Source of the DNA: an uncultured Clostridia bacterium
GTDB lineage: Bacteria > Bacillota > Clostridia > DUPQ01
Assembly (NCBI GenBank): GCA_963766335.1
Contig: CAVXZA010000002.1
Span: 706,254-770,253 of the forward strand
Reading direction: 5' to 3'
Length of the DNA: 64,000 bases
Shown: one piece after another, positions 55,093-64,000 of the stretch
Numbering within the stretch: position 1 is the first letter of the stretch
Layout: every line of letters starts with the position of its first letter
Made by a program: the position numbers and the translations under genes
The notes under the pieces: generated by a model
Database searches by the model: none
The model's input: only the letters and a program-made list of their open reading frames with translations
Told to the model about the DNA's origin: nothing

Positions 55093-56001
55093 ATGATGAT
55101 TACAGTTGAAGCGGCAAAAAAAGCGTTGGCAGGCCCCATAGCATCCGTAAGCACACCGTTTAAACGAGATGGATCCATTGACTATAAAGGCCTTGAGAAT
55201 ATTGTTGAATTTATAATAGCAGCCGGAAGCGGAACTGTTTTACTGACACATGGCGACAGCCTTTACACCCTGCTCGCTGATGACGAAATTGCTGAAATTA
55301 CTAAAAGGGTTGTGCAACAGACAAAAGGCCGCGCAATGACTGTTGCAGCAAGCAGCTGGTGGCTTGGTAAAAGTATGGAGTTTGCTAAATATGCAAGAGG
55401 CCTCGGCGCTGACATGTATATGCCCCTGCCCCCTGACTGGGCAAATTCAGGTTCTGTTGAAAATCTAGTGGAGTATTATACAAAAATATCTGAAATATTA
55501 CCGGTAATGATGGTTACGATGATTGGAAAACGGCCGATACCAATTGAGGTTATAAAAACACTACTAAATAGAAAGAACAATATAACAGCTATAAAAGATG
55601 ACAAGTGTGGTGAATATGGAAAAGAAGTAGCGAAAACCATCAATGGCAAATGGGCTTTTCTTTCCGGAGGCAGGATGAAAAACCACATGGATGTAATGCC
55701 CTTTGGCGCGGATGGATATCTTTCTGTATATATGCGTTTTAAACCGGAAATTGCCCATAGGTACTGGAATTCTATCAAAAGTAATGACATAAAAACTGCG
55801 ACAGAAATTATGGATAAATATGACATGCCTTTTATGGAAGAACTTCCGGCACAGCTGGATCTGAACTTTGATGCAGTCATTCATGCTGCTATGGAGATAT
55901 ATAGTGTTGCGGAACGCTGGCGCAGGAGTCCGTATATTAATGCAAGTGATGAGCAGATAGAGCAAATCAGGGAGTTTTTCAAGGGCTTGAAATTACTATA
56001 G
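55093..56001 (+). CDS. DapA-family (dihydrodipicolinate synthase / N-acetylneuraminate lyase family) aldolase
   Basis: SVSTPFKRDGSIDYKGLENIVEF...TKGRAMTVAAS...GADMYMPLPP...ITAIKDDKCGE follows the DapA/NanA family pattern including the Schiff-base Lys region. Confidence 0.6.
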   Translation: MMITVEAAKKALAGPIASVSTPFKRDGSIDYKGLENIVEFIIAAGSGTVLLTHGDSLYTLLADDEIAEITKRVVQQTKGRAMTVAASSWWLGKSMEFAKYARGLGADMYMPLPPDWANSGSVENLVEYYTKISEILPVMMVTMIGKRPIPIEVIKTLLNRKNNITAIKDDKCGEYGKEVAKTINGKWAFLSGGRMKNHMDVMPFGADGYLSVYMRFKPEIAHRYWNSIKSNDIKTATEIMDKYDMPFMEELPAQLDLNFDAVIHAAMEIYSVAERWRRSPYINASDEQIEQIREFFKGLKLL

Positions 56002-56033
56002 CGATCAAATTCAAAGAGCAGAACCAATAGGTA

Positions 56034-56762
56034 ATGAAAATGAAGTTTATCAACACAGATGTTACTATTAGTAAAAAAAGGAAGCCTGTTCCACAATGTA
56101 TTCAATTATCCGACCGGGTTAAGCTGATATCCTGGGGTTCTATTTATATAAGTTTAGTTAAGGCCAATCTATTTCCATCAAGTTTCTGTATTGAGAGCGT
56201 TGATACAGTCATATATATTGATCCCGTACTGGTTGATACAACAAAAAAAGCTGATTATATTTTTATCACTCACAGTCATTTTGACCATTTTTCAATTAAA
56301 GATATAGAAAACTTAAGTAACGATAAGACAATGATTATTTGCCCCAAAAAAGTGGCTAAGAAGTTAAAGAAGTATAATGTGAAAGAAGTAAGGCCCGGCG
56401 ATTGCATAGAGCTTAAGGATGTAGTCTGCAGAGCCACCCATGCATACAGCAAAGGTTTTCCCTCTCATCCTAAAAGTATAGAAAACGTTGGTTATGTTAT
56501 AACTATCGGCGGAATCAATATTTACCATGCGGGAGACACATTTTTGGTGCCTGAAATAAAAACCCTTCAAGATATTGATGTTGCCCTGGTTCCGATTGAC
56601 GGAGGCAACCTGACGATGAAAACAGAAGAAGCGGCAAGTTTGGTCAATCAGCTAAAACCTAAGATTGTGATTCCGATGCATTATTTGCCTGATGAAAACA
56701 AGGCCATCGAATTTAAACACTTAATAAATACAGATATTGATGTAAGAATTATTGCAGATTAA
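56034..56762 (+). CDS. MBL-fold metallo-hydrolase
   Basis: HxHxDH motif ITHSHFDHF plus downstream His/Asp ligands (HAGDT, IPMHY). Confidence 0.65.
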   Translation: MKMKFINTDVTISKKRKPVPQCIQLSDRVKLISWGSIYISLVKANLFPSSFCIESVDTVIYIDPVLVDTTKKADYIFITHSHFDHFSIKDIENLSNDKTMIICPKKVAKKLKKYNVKEVRPGDCIELKDVVCRATHAYSKGFPSHPKSIENVGYVITIGGINIYHAGDTFLVPEIKTLQDIDVALVPIDGGNLTMKTEEAASLVNQLKPKIVIPMHYLPDENKAIEFKHLINTDIDVRIIAD

Positions 56763-57093
56763 ACGGAACAAAACCAGTAATCCCTTGTATTATCTTCCTT
56801 GAGTATATTAGCAGTAAATGAACTTTTTGCTCAATTCCTAAGCTTTTCCCATAACTTGCACTTTTAATCATTTTGCAATTTAAATACTGTTAAAAACCAT
56901 GAATTCTTGCAAGTCGTAACACCCAATATTGCAAAATCCGTTGATTTTACCCTGTTTTAGTGATAAAATACTCCTACTTTATAAATCCCATAGGATTTAG
57001 AGCAAGAAAGCGCATAATATAATGCAAGTTGTGTTTGGTTATATTGCAAGCGAGGCTTGTTCACACTCCGAAGGGGAAAGTGGGTAACAAAAG

Positions 57094-60000
57094 ATGCAGG
57101 GATATCCTAATAAGCAGGGGCTTTATGATCCGGGGTTCGAGCATGATGCATGCGGTATTGGGGCCATAGTCAGTATAGACGGTCACAAGTCGCATAAGAT
57201 AGTTATGCGGGCACTGGATATTTTAATTAACCTGGAGCACAGGGGTGCCAGCGGGTCGGATGCCAAGTCAGGCGACGGCGCAGGTATTTTACTGCAGATT
57301 CCACATTTGTTTTTTATGAAGGCATGTAAGCCGCTTTCTATAGATTTGCCTAAAGAGGGCCGATATGGCGTTGGGATGTTTTTCCTGCCGCAGGATACGG
57401 AAAAGCGGCAGCATTGCCAGTATATATTTGAACAGGCGGTTGTGCGCGAAGGTCAGGAATTTCTGGGTTGGAGAAAACTTCCCCTTGAGGATACTTGCCT
57501 TGGAATTACTTCTAAAGCATCAATGCCGTACATCATGCAGGCTTTTGTAGGCTGTTCGTCGGACCTGACTTCGGAACTGGAAGTTGAGAGAAAGCTCTAT
57601 GTCATCAGGAAACAGGCCGAGAATACACTTGAACGCGAGAAGATGGAAGGTTTCTATATCCCCTCCTTATCATCCCGTACTATTGTATATAAAGGGATGT
57701 TGCTGGCGGAGCAGGTTAAGCGATTCTATAAGGACTTGACCCACCCTTCTTTTAAATCAGCCATTGCAGTTGTGCATTCGCGTTACAGTACCAATACTTT
57801 TCCCAGTTGGGAAAGGGCACACCCGAACAGATATATAATTCATAATGGCGAAATCAACACATTGCGAGGAAATGTAAACTGGATAAATGCCCGCAAATCC
57901 ATGCTTGCATCAGATGCCTTCGGTGATGACTTATCCAAAGTTTATCCAATTATCAATGAAGACGGCAGTGATTCATCCATGTTTGACAACGCAATGGAAT
58001 TCATGCACCTCTCGGGACGGTCGCTGGCCCATACGGCCATGATGATGATTCCGGAGCCTTGGTCTAAGAATAAGAATATGGATAAAAACAAACGTGCTTT
58101 TTATGAATTTAACTCATGTCTTATGGAACCATGGGACGGACCGGCATCTATTGTTTTTACTGACGGAACTACTCTTGGTGCTGTACTGGACAGAAATGGA
58201 CTTCGCCCATCCAGATATTATGTTTTAAAAGAAAATATCTTGATTTTGGCATCTGAAGTGGGAGTACTGGATATTGAGGAGGATGAAGTTTTATATAAAG
58301 AAAGGCTGCGGCCGGGCAGGATGCTATTGGTTGACACTGACCAGGGGCGCATCATAGGCGATGAGGAACTGAAGCAGACCATTTCAAAGGCCAAGCCTTA
58401 TGGTAAATGGTTGAAAGAAAATATGAAGACCCTCTATACGGTAAAACATAATAAATTCGATATCCCTCAGGTTAGGAATGTCGGTAAACATCAATATGCT
58501 TTCGGGTATACATATGAAGACTTAAATTTACTTATCAAGCCGATGGCTGAGACCGGCAAAGAATCAATCGGGGCAATGGGCAACGATGTGCCGCTGGCTG
58601 TGCTTTCGGACCGCCCCCAGCTTCTTTACAACTATTTTAAGCAGTTGTTTGCGCAGGTTACAAATCCACCTATTGATGCCATCCGAGAGGAAATAGTCAC
58701 GGGCACCGAGATGTACCTTGGGTCACAGAAGAATCTTTTGAATGCCGAGGCGCTGAGCGTGCGGCAGATTAAGATTGAATCGCCCATACTCACCAATGAA
58801 AAACTGGCCATTCTAAAGAATATAACTGAGGACGGATTTAAATCCAAGGTCATTCCTGCTGTTTTCTCACCTGATGACGACGGGGAGTCTTTAGAAGAAG
58901 CAATGATCCGCATGTTTGAAGCAGCTGACAGGGCCATTGAAGATGACGTAAATATCCTCATTCTGTCTGACAGGGAAATAAATTCGTCACAGGCTCCGAT
59001 ACCGGCTTTGCTGGCTTCTTCGGGGTTGCATCATTACCTGATTAAAAAAGGGAAAAGAACCAGGGTCAGCATCATTGTGGAATCCGGAGAACCCAGGGAA
59101 GTTCATCATTTTGCTGTTTTAATCGGTTATGGCGCAACTGCAGTCAATCCATACCTGGCCTTCGAAAGCATCGGCAAGATGATAAATGACGGTTTAATCA
59201 GGGAAACCGATTATGAAAAAGCTGAATATAATTATGTGAAATCGGTTACGAAAGGCATTGTGAAGGTAATGTCTAAAATGGGTATTTCAACATTACTCAG
59301 TTATCATGGCGCCCAGATATTCGAAGCACTCGGTTTGAGCGAAGAGGTAGTCAAAACCTATTTTACCGGGACTCCCTCAAGGATAGGGGGACTGTCACTT
59401 AAGGACATCGGGCGCGAGACTGTAATCCGACATAAAAATGCTTTTAATATAATGCGGAAGAATTATGCGCTTGAATCAGGAGGTGACTATAAGTACAGGA
59501 GTAATGGAGAATACCATCTTTATAATCCGATGACAATACATAAATTGCAGCAGGCGTGCAGGACAGGTAAATATTCCATGTTTAAGGAATATTCCGGTAT
59601 GTTCAGTAAAAGTCACAAAGCAACTATCAGAAGTCTTTTAAATATTGATTCGCCGTATGAACCGGTTCCGATTAAAGAAGTTGAATCCGTTGATGATATT
59701 GTAAAGCGATTTAAAACCGGGGCGATGTCTTATGGCTCAATTAGTCAGGAGGCTCATGAGACCCTTGCAATTGCTATGAACAGGCTGCAGGGTAAAAGCA
59801 ATACAGGTGAGGGCGGTGAAATCACTGACAGGTTTATTCCGGATGGAAATGGGGATTCACGCTGCAGTGCAATAAAACAGGTGGCTTCAGGACGGTTCGG
59901 CGTTACTAGTTATTACCTTGTTAATGCAAAAGAAATTCAGATTAAGATGGCTCAAGGTGCAAAACCCGGTGAAGGAGGGCAGCTGCCGGGCAGGAAAGTT

Positions 60001-61641
60001 TACCCATGGATTGCAAAGGCGCGTCTTTCAACTCCTGGAGTCGGGTTGATTTCCCCGCCGCCGCATCATGACATCTATTCAATAGAAGACCTGGCGCAGC
60101 TTATTCACGACCTCAAGATGGCAAATTCCGAGGCGGATATTAACGTTAAATTAGTTTCAGAGGTTGGTGTCGGTACAATTGCTGCCGGAGTTGCAAAGGG
60201 AAAAGCCGATGTTATATTGGTTTCCGGCTACGATGGAGGCACAGGTGCAGCACCGCGTACTTCCATGAAACACGCAGGACTCCCATGGGAGCTGGGTCTT
60301 GCAGAGACGAACCAGACGCTTGTTCTTAATAATCTGCGCGACCGTGTAAAGCTGGAAACCGACGGCAAGCTGATGACGGGTAAAGATGTAATCATAGCCG
60401 CTCTGCTCGGGGCTGAGGAATATGGATTTTCAACTGCACCGCTCATAGCAATCGGATGTGTGATGATGAGAGTTTGTAACCTTGACACATGCCCGGTTGG
60501 TGTCGCAACCCAGAATCCCGAGTTACGGAAATATTTTAAGGGAAAACCTGAATATGTTGTTAATTTTATGAGGTTCATAGCAGAAGAAATGCGCGAGTAT
60601 ATGGCTGCAATAGGTTTTAGAAAATTAGACGATATGATAGGCAGGGCAGATCTTTTAAAAACCGGCAAACTGCCTGATAATTTTAAACTTAAAGGACTTA
60701 ATCTAGAAGCACTCTTCCACCTGCCTGAGCTTCCTGAAGGAAGCACGCGCTACAGGACCAAGCGGCAGGATCATAAAATCGAAAGAACTTTTGACTACAG
60801 AATTCTCGACCATCTTCTGCATGATGCCATTGCAAGCGGAAAGAAGACTACTGCTGTACTCCCGGTTAAAAATGTAGACAGGGATGTCGGAACTTATGTA
60901 GGAAGTAAGATAAGCAGAATTTATGCCGATCAGGGACTTCGAGAAGATACTGTAATGCTTAACATGAAGGGTTCTGCAGGACAAAGTTTCGGGGCATTCA
61001 TGCCAAAAGGTATAACTCTTAATCTTGAAGGCGACTGCAATGATTATATCGGCAAAGGCTTATCGGGAGGGAAAATAATAGTCAGGTGTCCTGAGGAAGC
61101 TGATTATAAGCCGGAAGAAAATATTATAATCGGAAATGTCGCATTCTATGGAGCTACAGGCGGAGAAGCATATATTAACGGTGTTGCGGGTGAGCGTTTC
61201 TGTGTCAGGAACAGTGGGGTTCATGCTGTTGTCGAGGGTATGGGAGACCATGGCTGTGAATATATGACAGGCGGCAGGGTTGTTGTCCTTGGTATGGTTG
61301 GGAGAAACTTTGCAGCGGGTATGTCCGGTGGGATTTCATATGTTTATGATGAAGACGGGTCTTTTGAAAAATTCGTCAATAAGGAAATGGTTTTCCTTGA
61401 GAGGCTGTCTAAAAATGACGAAGCTGATATGGTCAGGAGCATGATTAAGAAGCACTATTCATATACTGAAAGCGATCTTGCCGAGAGGCTTCTTGACCAA
61501 TGGGAAGACACCCTCGAAAAGTTTGTTAAAGTAATTCCCAAGGATTATAAAAATATAATTACTGCCATTGATGAGGCGGTTGAAGAAGGATATGACATAG
61601 AGACCGCACAACTCGCGGCTTTCAGGAAGTACGCGGGATAA
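57094..61641 (+). CDS. gltB: Glutamate synthase large subunit
   Basis: 1515 aa; N-terminal amidotransferase Cys (HDACGIGA), FMN and 3Fe-4S domains, C-terminal GXGXG domain. Confidence 0.95.
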   Translation: MQGYPNKQGLYDPGFEHDACGIGAIVSIDGHKSHKIVMRALDILINLEHRGASGSDAKSGDGAGILLQIPHLFFMKACKPLSIDLPKEGRYGVGMFFLPQDTEKRQHCQYIFEQAVVREGQEFLGWRKLPLEDTCLGITSKASMPYIMQAFVGCSSDLTSELEVERKLYVIRKQAENTLEREKMEGFYIPSLSSRTIVYKGMLLAEQVKRFYKDLTHPSFKSAIAVVHSRYSTNTFPSWERAHPNRYIIHNGEINTLRGNVNWINARKSMLASDAFGDDLSKVYPIINEDGSDSSMFDNAMEFMHLSGRSLAHTAMMMIPEPWSKNKNMDKNKRAFYEFNSCLMEPWDGPASIVFTDGTTLGAVLDRNGLRPSRYYVLKENILILASEVGVLDIEEDEVLYKERLRPGRMLLVDTDQGRIIGDEELKQTISKAKPYGKWLKENMKTLYTVKHNKFDIPQVRNVGKHQYAFGYTYEDLNLLIKPMAETGKESIGAMGNDVPLAVLSDRPQLLYNYFKQLFAQVTNPPIDAIREEIVTGTEMYLGSQKNLLNAEALSVRQIKIESPILTNEKLAILKNITEDGFKSKVIPAVFSPDDDGESLEEAMIRMFEAADRAIEDDVNILILSDREINSSQAPIPALLASSGLHHYLIKKGKRTRVSIIVESGEPREVHHFAVLIGYGATAVNPYLAFESIGKMINDGLIRETDYEKAEYNYVKSVTKGIVKVMSKMGISTLLSYHGAQIFEALGLSEEVVKTYFTGTPSRIGGLSLKDIGRETVIRHKNAFNIMRKNYALESGGDYKYRSNGEYHLYNPMTIHKLQQACRTGKYSMFKEYSGMFSKSHKATIRSLLNIDSPYEPVPIKEVESVDDIVKRFKTGAMSYGSISQEAHETLAIAMNRLQGKSNTGEGGEITDRFIPDGNGDSRCSAIKQVASGRFGVTSYYLVNAKEIQIKMAQGAKPGEGGQLPGRKVYPWIAKARLSTPGVGLISPPPHHDIYSIEDLAQLIHDLKMANSEADINVKLVSEVGVGTIAAGVAKGKADVILVSGYDGGTGAAPRTSMKHAGLPWELGLAETNQTLVLNNLRDRVKLETDGKLMTGKDVIIAALLGAEEYGFSTAPLIAIGCVMMRVCNLDTCPVGVATQNPELRKYFKGKPEYVVNFMRFIAEEMREYMAAIGFRKLDDMIGRADLLKTGKLPDNFKLKGLNLEALFHLPELPEGSTRYRTKRQDHKIERTFDYRILDHLLHDAIASGKKTTAVLPVKNVDRDVGTYVGSKISRIYADQGLREDTVMLNMKGSAGQSFGAFMPKGITLNLEGDCNDYIGKGLSGGKIIVRCPEEADYKPEENIIIGNVAFYGATGGEAYINGVAGERFCVRNSGVHAVVEGMGDHGCEYMTGGRVVVLGMVGRNFAAGMSGGISYVYDEDGSFEKFVNKEMVFLERLSKNDEADMVRSMIKKHYSYTESDLAERLLDQWEDTLEKFVKVIPKDYKNIITAIDEAVEEGYDIETAQLAAFRKYAG

Positions 61642-61652
61642 GGAGAAAAACC

Positions 61653-63137
61653 ATGGGAAAACCAACAGGATTCATGGAACTTAAAAGAAAAGAAATACCG
61701 TACAAGGATCCCCTTGAAAGAATAAAGGACTGGAATGAATTCTCTATTCCCTTATCTGAAGAAGCACGCCTTGAACAAGCGGCAAGATGCATGGACTGCG
61801 GAACGCCGTTTTGCCAGAGTGGGATTACCCTGAACGGTTTGGCAAGCGGGTGCCCTTTAAGCAACCTGGTTCCTGAATGGAATCACTTAATCTACAACGG
61901 GCTTTGGGAAGATGCTCTTACACGTTTGCTGAAAACTGATAATTTTCCGGAATTCACGGCAAGGGTATGTCCGGCGCCATGCGAAGGTGCTTGTACACTT
62001 GGTGTCATCAATCCCCAGATTACAATTAAGAATAATGAACTGGCGGTGATTGAGCGTGGTTTTGAAGAAGGCTGGATTAAACCATTTATACCGGTTAAAA
62101 GGACAGGTAAAAAAGTTGCCGTTGTCGGCAGCGGGCCTGCAGGGCTTGCTTGCGCCGACCAGTTGAATAAAGTCGGTCATTTGGCTACTGTTTACGAGAG
62201 AGCTGACAGGGCCGGCGGGCTTCTTATGTACGGCATACCTAATATGAAGCTTGAAAAAGATGTTGTTGAGCGAAGGCTTTCCATCATGGAAGAAGAAGGT
62301 GTGGAATTTATAACCGGTACGGACGTAGGAACCGATGTCACCGGAGACGAGTTGAAGTCAAATTATGATGCGGTAGTGCTTTGCTGCGGGTCTACAGTTC
62401 CGCGTGACCTTAAGGTTATTGGAAGGGAATTGAAGGGCATTCATTTTGCTGTTGATTATCTTACAATAAACACTAAAAGCCTAATGGATTCCAATCATAA
62501 TGACAGTAACTTCATATCCGCAGAAGGCAAGGATGTAATAGTTATCGGAGGCGGAGACACGGGAAATGACTGTGTCGCAACCGCAATACGGCAGGGATGT
62601 AAAAGTATCAAGCAGTTTGAGATAATGCCTGAAGCTGCTTCAGAGAGAACATCCGAAAATCCATGGCCGCAGTTTCCGAAGGTTAAAAAGACTGATTACG
62701 GACAGAAAGAATGTATTGCATTGTTCGGCAATGATCCACGGCAGTATTGCATTTCAACAAAATCCTTTTCAGGTGATGACGATGGCAATGTAATTGGCCT
62801 TAATACAATTCTTATTGAATGGACTAAAGACCACACCGGACGGTTTTTCCCAAGGGAGATAGATGGCAGCGAAGAAGCATATAAAGCCGATATGGTATTG
62901 CTGGCAATGGGATTTGTCGGTGTCGAAACTAAGTTAACTGATTCATTTGGAGTGGAAACCGATGCGCGTGGGAATGTGAAAGCCGAATATGGCAAACACA
63001 CCACCAGTGAGGAAAAGGTATTTGCTGCAGGTGACATGCGACGTGGACAGAGCCTTGTCGTATGGGCCATCAAAGAAGGCCGTGAAGCTGCCCGTGAAGT
63101 TGACAAATACCTAACCGGATTCTCAATCCTCTCATAA
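61653..63137 (+). CDS. gltD: Glutamate synthase small subunit (NADPH)
   Basis: N-terminal Fe-S Cys cluster (CMDCGTPFC..C), two dinucleotide-binding motifs (VAVVGSGPAGLA, VIVIGGGDTGND). Confidence 0.9.
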   Translation: MGKPTGFMELKRKEIPYKDPLERIKDWNEFSIPLSEEARLEQAARCMDCGTPFCQSGITLNGLASGCPLSNLVPEWNHLIYNGLWEDALTRLLKTDNFPEFTARVCPAPCEGACTLGVINPQITIKNNELAVIERGFEEGWIKPFIPVKRTGKKVAVVGSGPAGLACADQLNKVGHLATVYERADRAGGLLMYGIPNMKLEKDVVERRLSIMEEEGVEFITGTDVGTDVTGDELKSNYDAVVLCCGSTVPRDLKVIGRELKGIHFAVDYLTINTKSLMDSNHNDSNFISAEGKDVIVIGGGDTGNDCVATAIRQGCKSIKQFEIMPEAASERTSENPWPQFPKVKKTDYGQKECIALFGNDPRQYCISTKSFSGDDDGNVIGLNTILIEWTKDHTGRFFPREIDGSEEAYKADMVLLAMGFVGVETKLTDSFGVETDARGNVKAEYGKHTTSEEKVFAAGDMRRGQSLVVWAIKEGREAAREVDKYLTGFSILS

Positions 63138-63167
63138 ATCAAGAAGAATTTAAAAGAAAATTTAAAA

Positions 63168-63197
63168 CCGCCCCTGCGAAGGGGCGGCTGTATTTTT
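63168..63197 (+). terminator. Rho-independent terminator after gltD (CCGCCCCT-gcga-AGGGGCGG ... TTTTT)
   Basis: GC hairpin with T-run 5 nt downstream. Confidence 0.7.
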
Positions 63198-63445
63198 GAG
63201 TTCATAGATTAGTATATGTAATAATCTTCGATGGTTACTTTAAGTGTGTACAATCTATCCGTTTGAAGTAATACTGTAAATAATTATTTGCTTAATTTTC
63301 ATCTTCATCACCGAATCAGTCATACACACCTCTTTTATTATCAAAACAATGGTAAATTACGGCATTAATTACACGATTACATAAATAAAGTTTCCATTGC
63401 AGGATTAATGTAAAAAAAATATAATCATTTGGTAGAGGTGTGAAC

Positions 63446-64000
63446 ATGGACTATTCAAAGATTACAGACTTCAGCGACGGGCAGCTTGAGAATTTTCAGA
63501 ACATATATAAAAGGTATAAAGGGATGTACCTTTCTCCAGATAAAGCTATGCCGATGTTTATAATTAATACCCCGGTGAAAACACATGATTGGGAAGATAA
63601 ACTATTTAACGTAGAAGCAATGTTCACAGATGAACTGAAGATAATTAAAGCCCATGCAGATATTGAAGACGACAGGGTTCCGGCAACAAGGGTAAATTTT
63701 GGTACAGCACAGATAGCGGCGGCTTTCGGATGCGAAATGTACATTCCTCCCAATAACCTTCCGTGTGCAAAAACACATGTGCTTCATGACATCAATGATG
63801 CGGTAAAAATGGTAAAACCGGCTAAAAATGCGGGATGGTATAAAAGACTATTTGAATTTTCGGAATTTTATATGGAAAATCTCCCCGAGGGGGTTGAAAT
63901 ACAGCTCCCCGATACTCAGGGAACTTTTAATAATGCTCACTTGATTCGCGGCAATGATATTATTTTTGATTTTTATGACTACCCGCAGCAACTGGAGTAT
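63446..64000 (+). CDS. URO-D/MtaA-like family protein. This is the 5'-partial paralogue of the first gene in the window; it runs off the window end.
   Basis: open frame from ATG 63446 to end; RVPATRVNFGTAQIAAAFGCEMYIPPNNLP resembles URO-D-family substrate-binding region. Confidence 0.45.
   Translation, partial: MDYSKITDFSDGQLENFQNIYKRYKGMYLSPDKAMPMFIINTPVKTHDWEDKLFNVEAMFTDELKIIKAHADIEDDRVPATRVNFGTAQIAAAFGCEMYIPPNNLPCAKTHVLHDINDAVKMVKPAKNAGWYKRLFEFSEFYMENLPEGVEIQLPDTQGTFNNAHLIRGNDIIFDFYDYPQQLEY

Noticed and set aside
56763-57093. Sigma-54 promoter (TGGCAC-N5-TTGCA) in the gltB leader
   Set aside because: TTGCA elements are present, but no upstream GG-containing -24 element has the correct spacing. 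The best candidate is TAACAC-N6-TTGCA, which lacks the essential GG.

Overview
This window reads as a chromosomal segment from an anaerobic, low-GC Firmicute of Clostridia type. The most interesting content is a family of palindromic REP-like repeats together with a REP-associated tyrosine transposase (RAYT) gene, described after the gene inventory.

Core metabolism is well represented. There is a complete rnfCDGEAB operon (6183-11102). There is a pyruvate:ferredoxin oxidoreductase on the minus strand (28157-31690). There is gltB-gltD glutamate synthase (57094-63137). There are also a thymidine kinase, a tRNA-Arg(ACG), a GH42 beta-galactosidase and a GNAT acetyltransferase.

Interleaved with these are accessory genes:
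- A cell-envelope glycopolymer cluster (13046-20832). It holds two small paralogous membrane-anchored proteins, a GT4::CsaB pyruvyl-transferase fusion, a MurJ/Wzx-like flippase, a Wzy/O-antigen-ligase-like protein and a second GT4.
- Several glycan-degradation genes: an AXE1-like esterase, an FAD oxidoreductase, a GH172/DUF2961 protein, two Cys-type sulfatases with an Fe-S aldo/keto reductase, an SDR epimerase, a ceramidase-like hydrolase, and a BNR/Asp-box sialidase-like protein next to a DapA-family lyase.
- Two OmpR-type two-component systems. The response regulator of one is a pseudogene.
- Two LipO-like solute-binding lipoproteins, a PadR/DUF2812 pair, an ACR3 arsenite transporter and a frameshifted quinone oxidoreductase.

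The REP-like repeats have the core CATTTGTCCCTAGGGACAAATG. Twelve copies sit at six intergenic loci as singlets, doublets and a triplet, mostly just after rho-independent terminators. The IS200/Y1-family RAYT gene (27273-28040) is bracketed by 47-bp inverted-repeat flanks built from these same palindromes. That is the architecture of a REPIN-RAYT system. I consider it the most novel content in the window. It also brackets two gene cassettes: the solute-binding protein gene at 11262-12860, and the sulfatase/epimerase block at 38955-42995.
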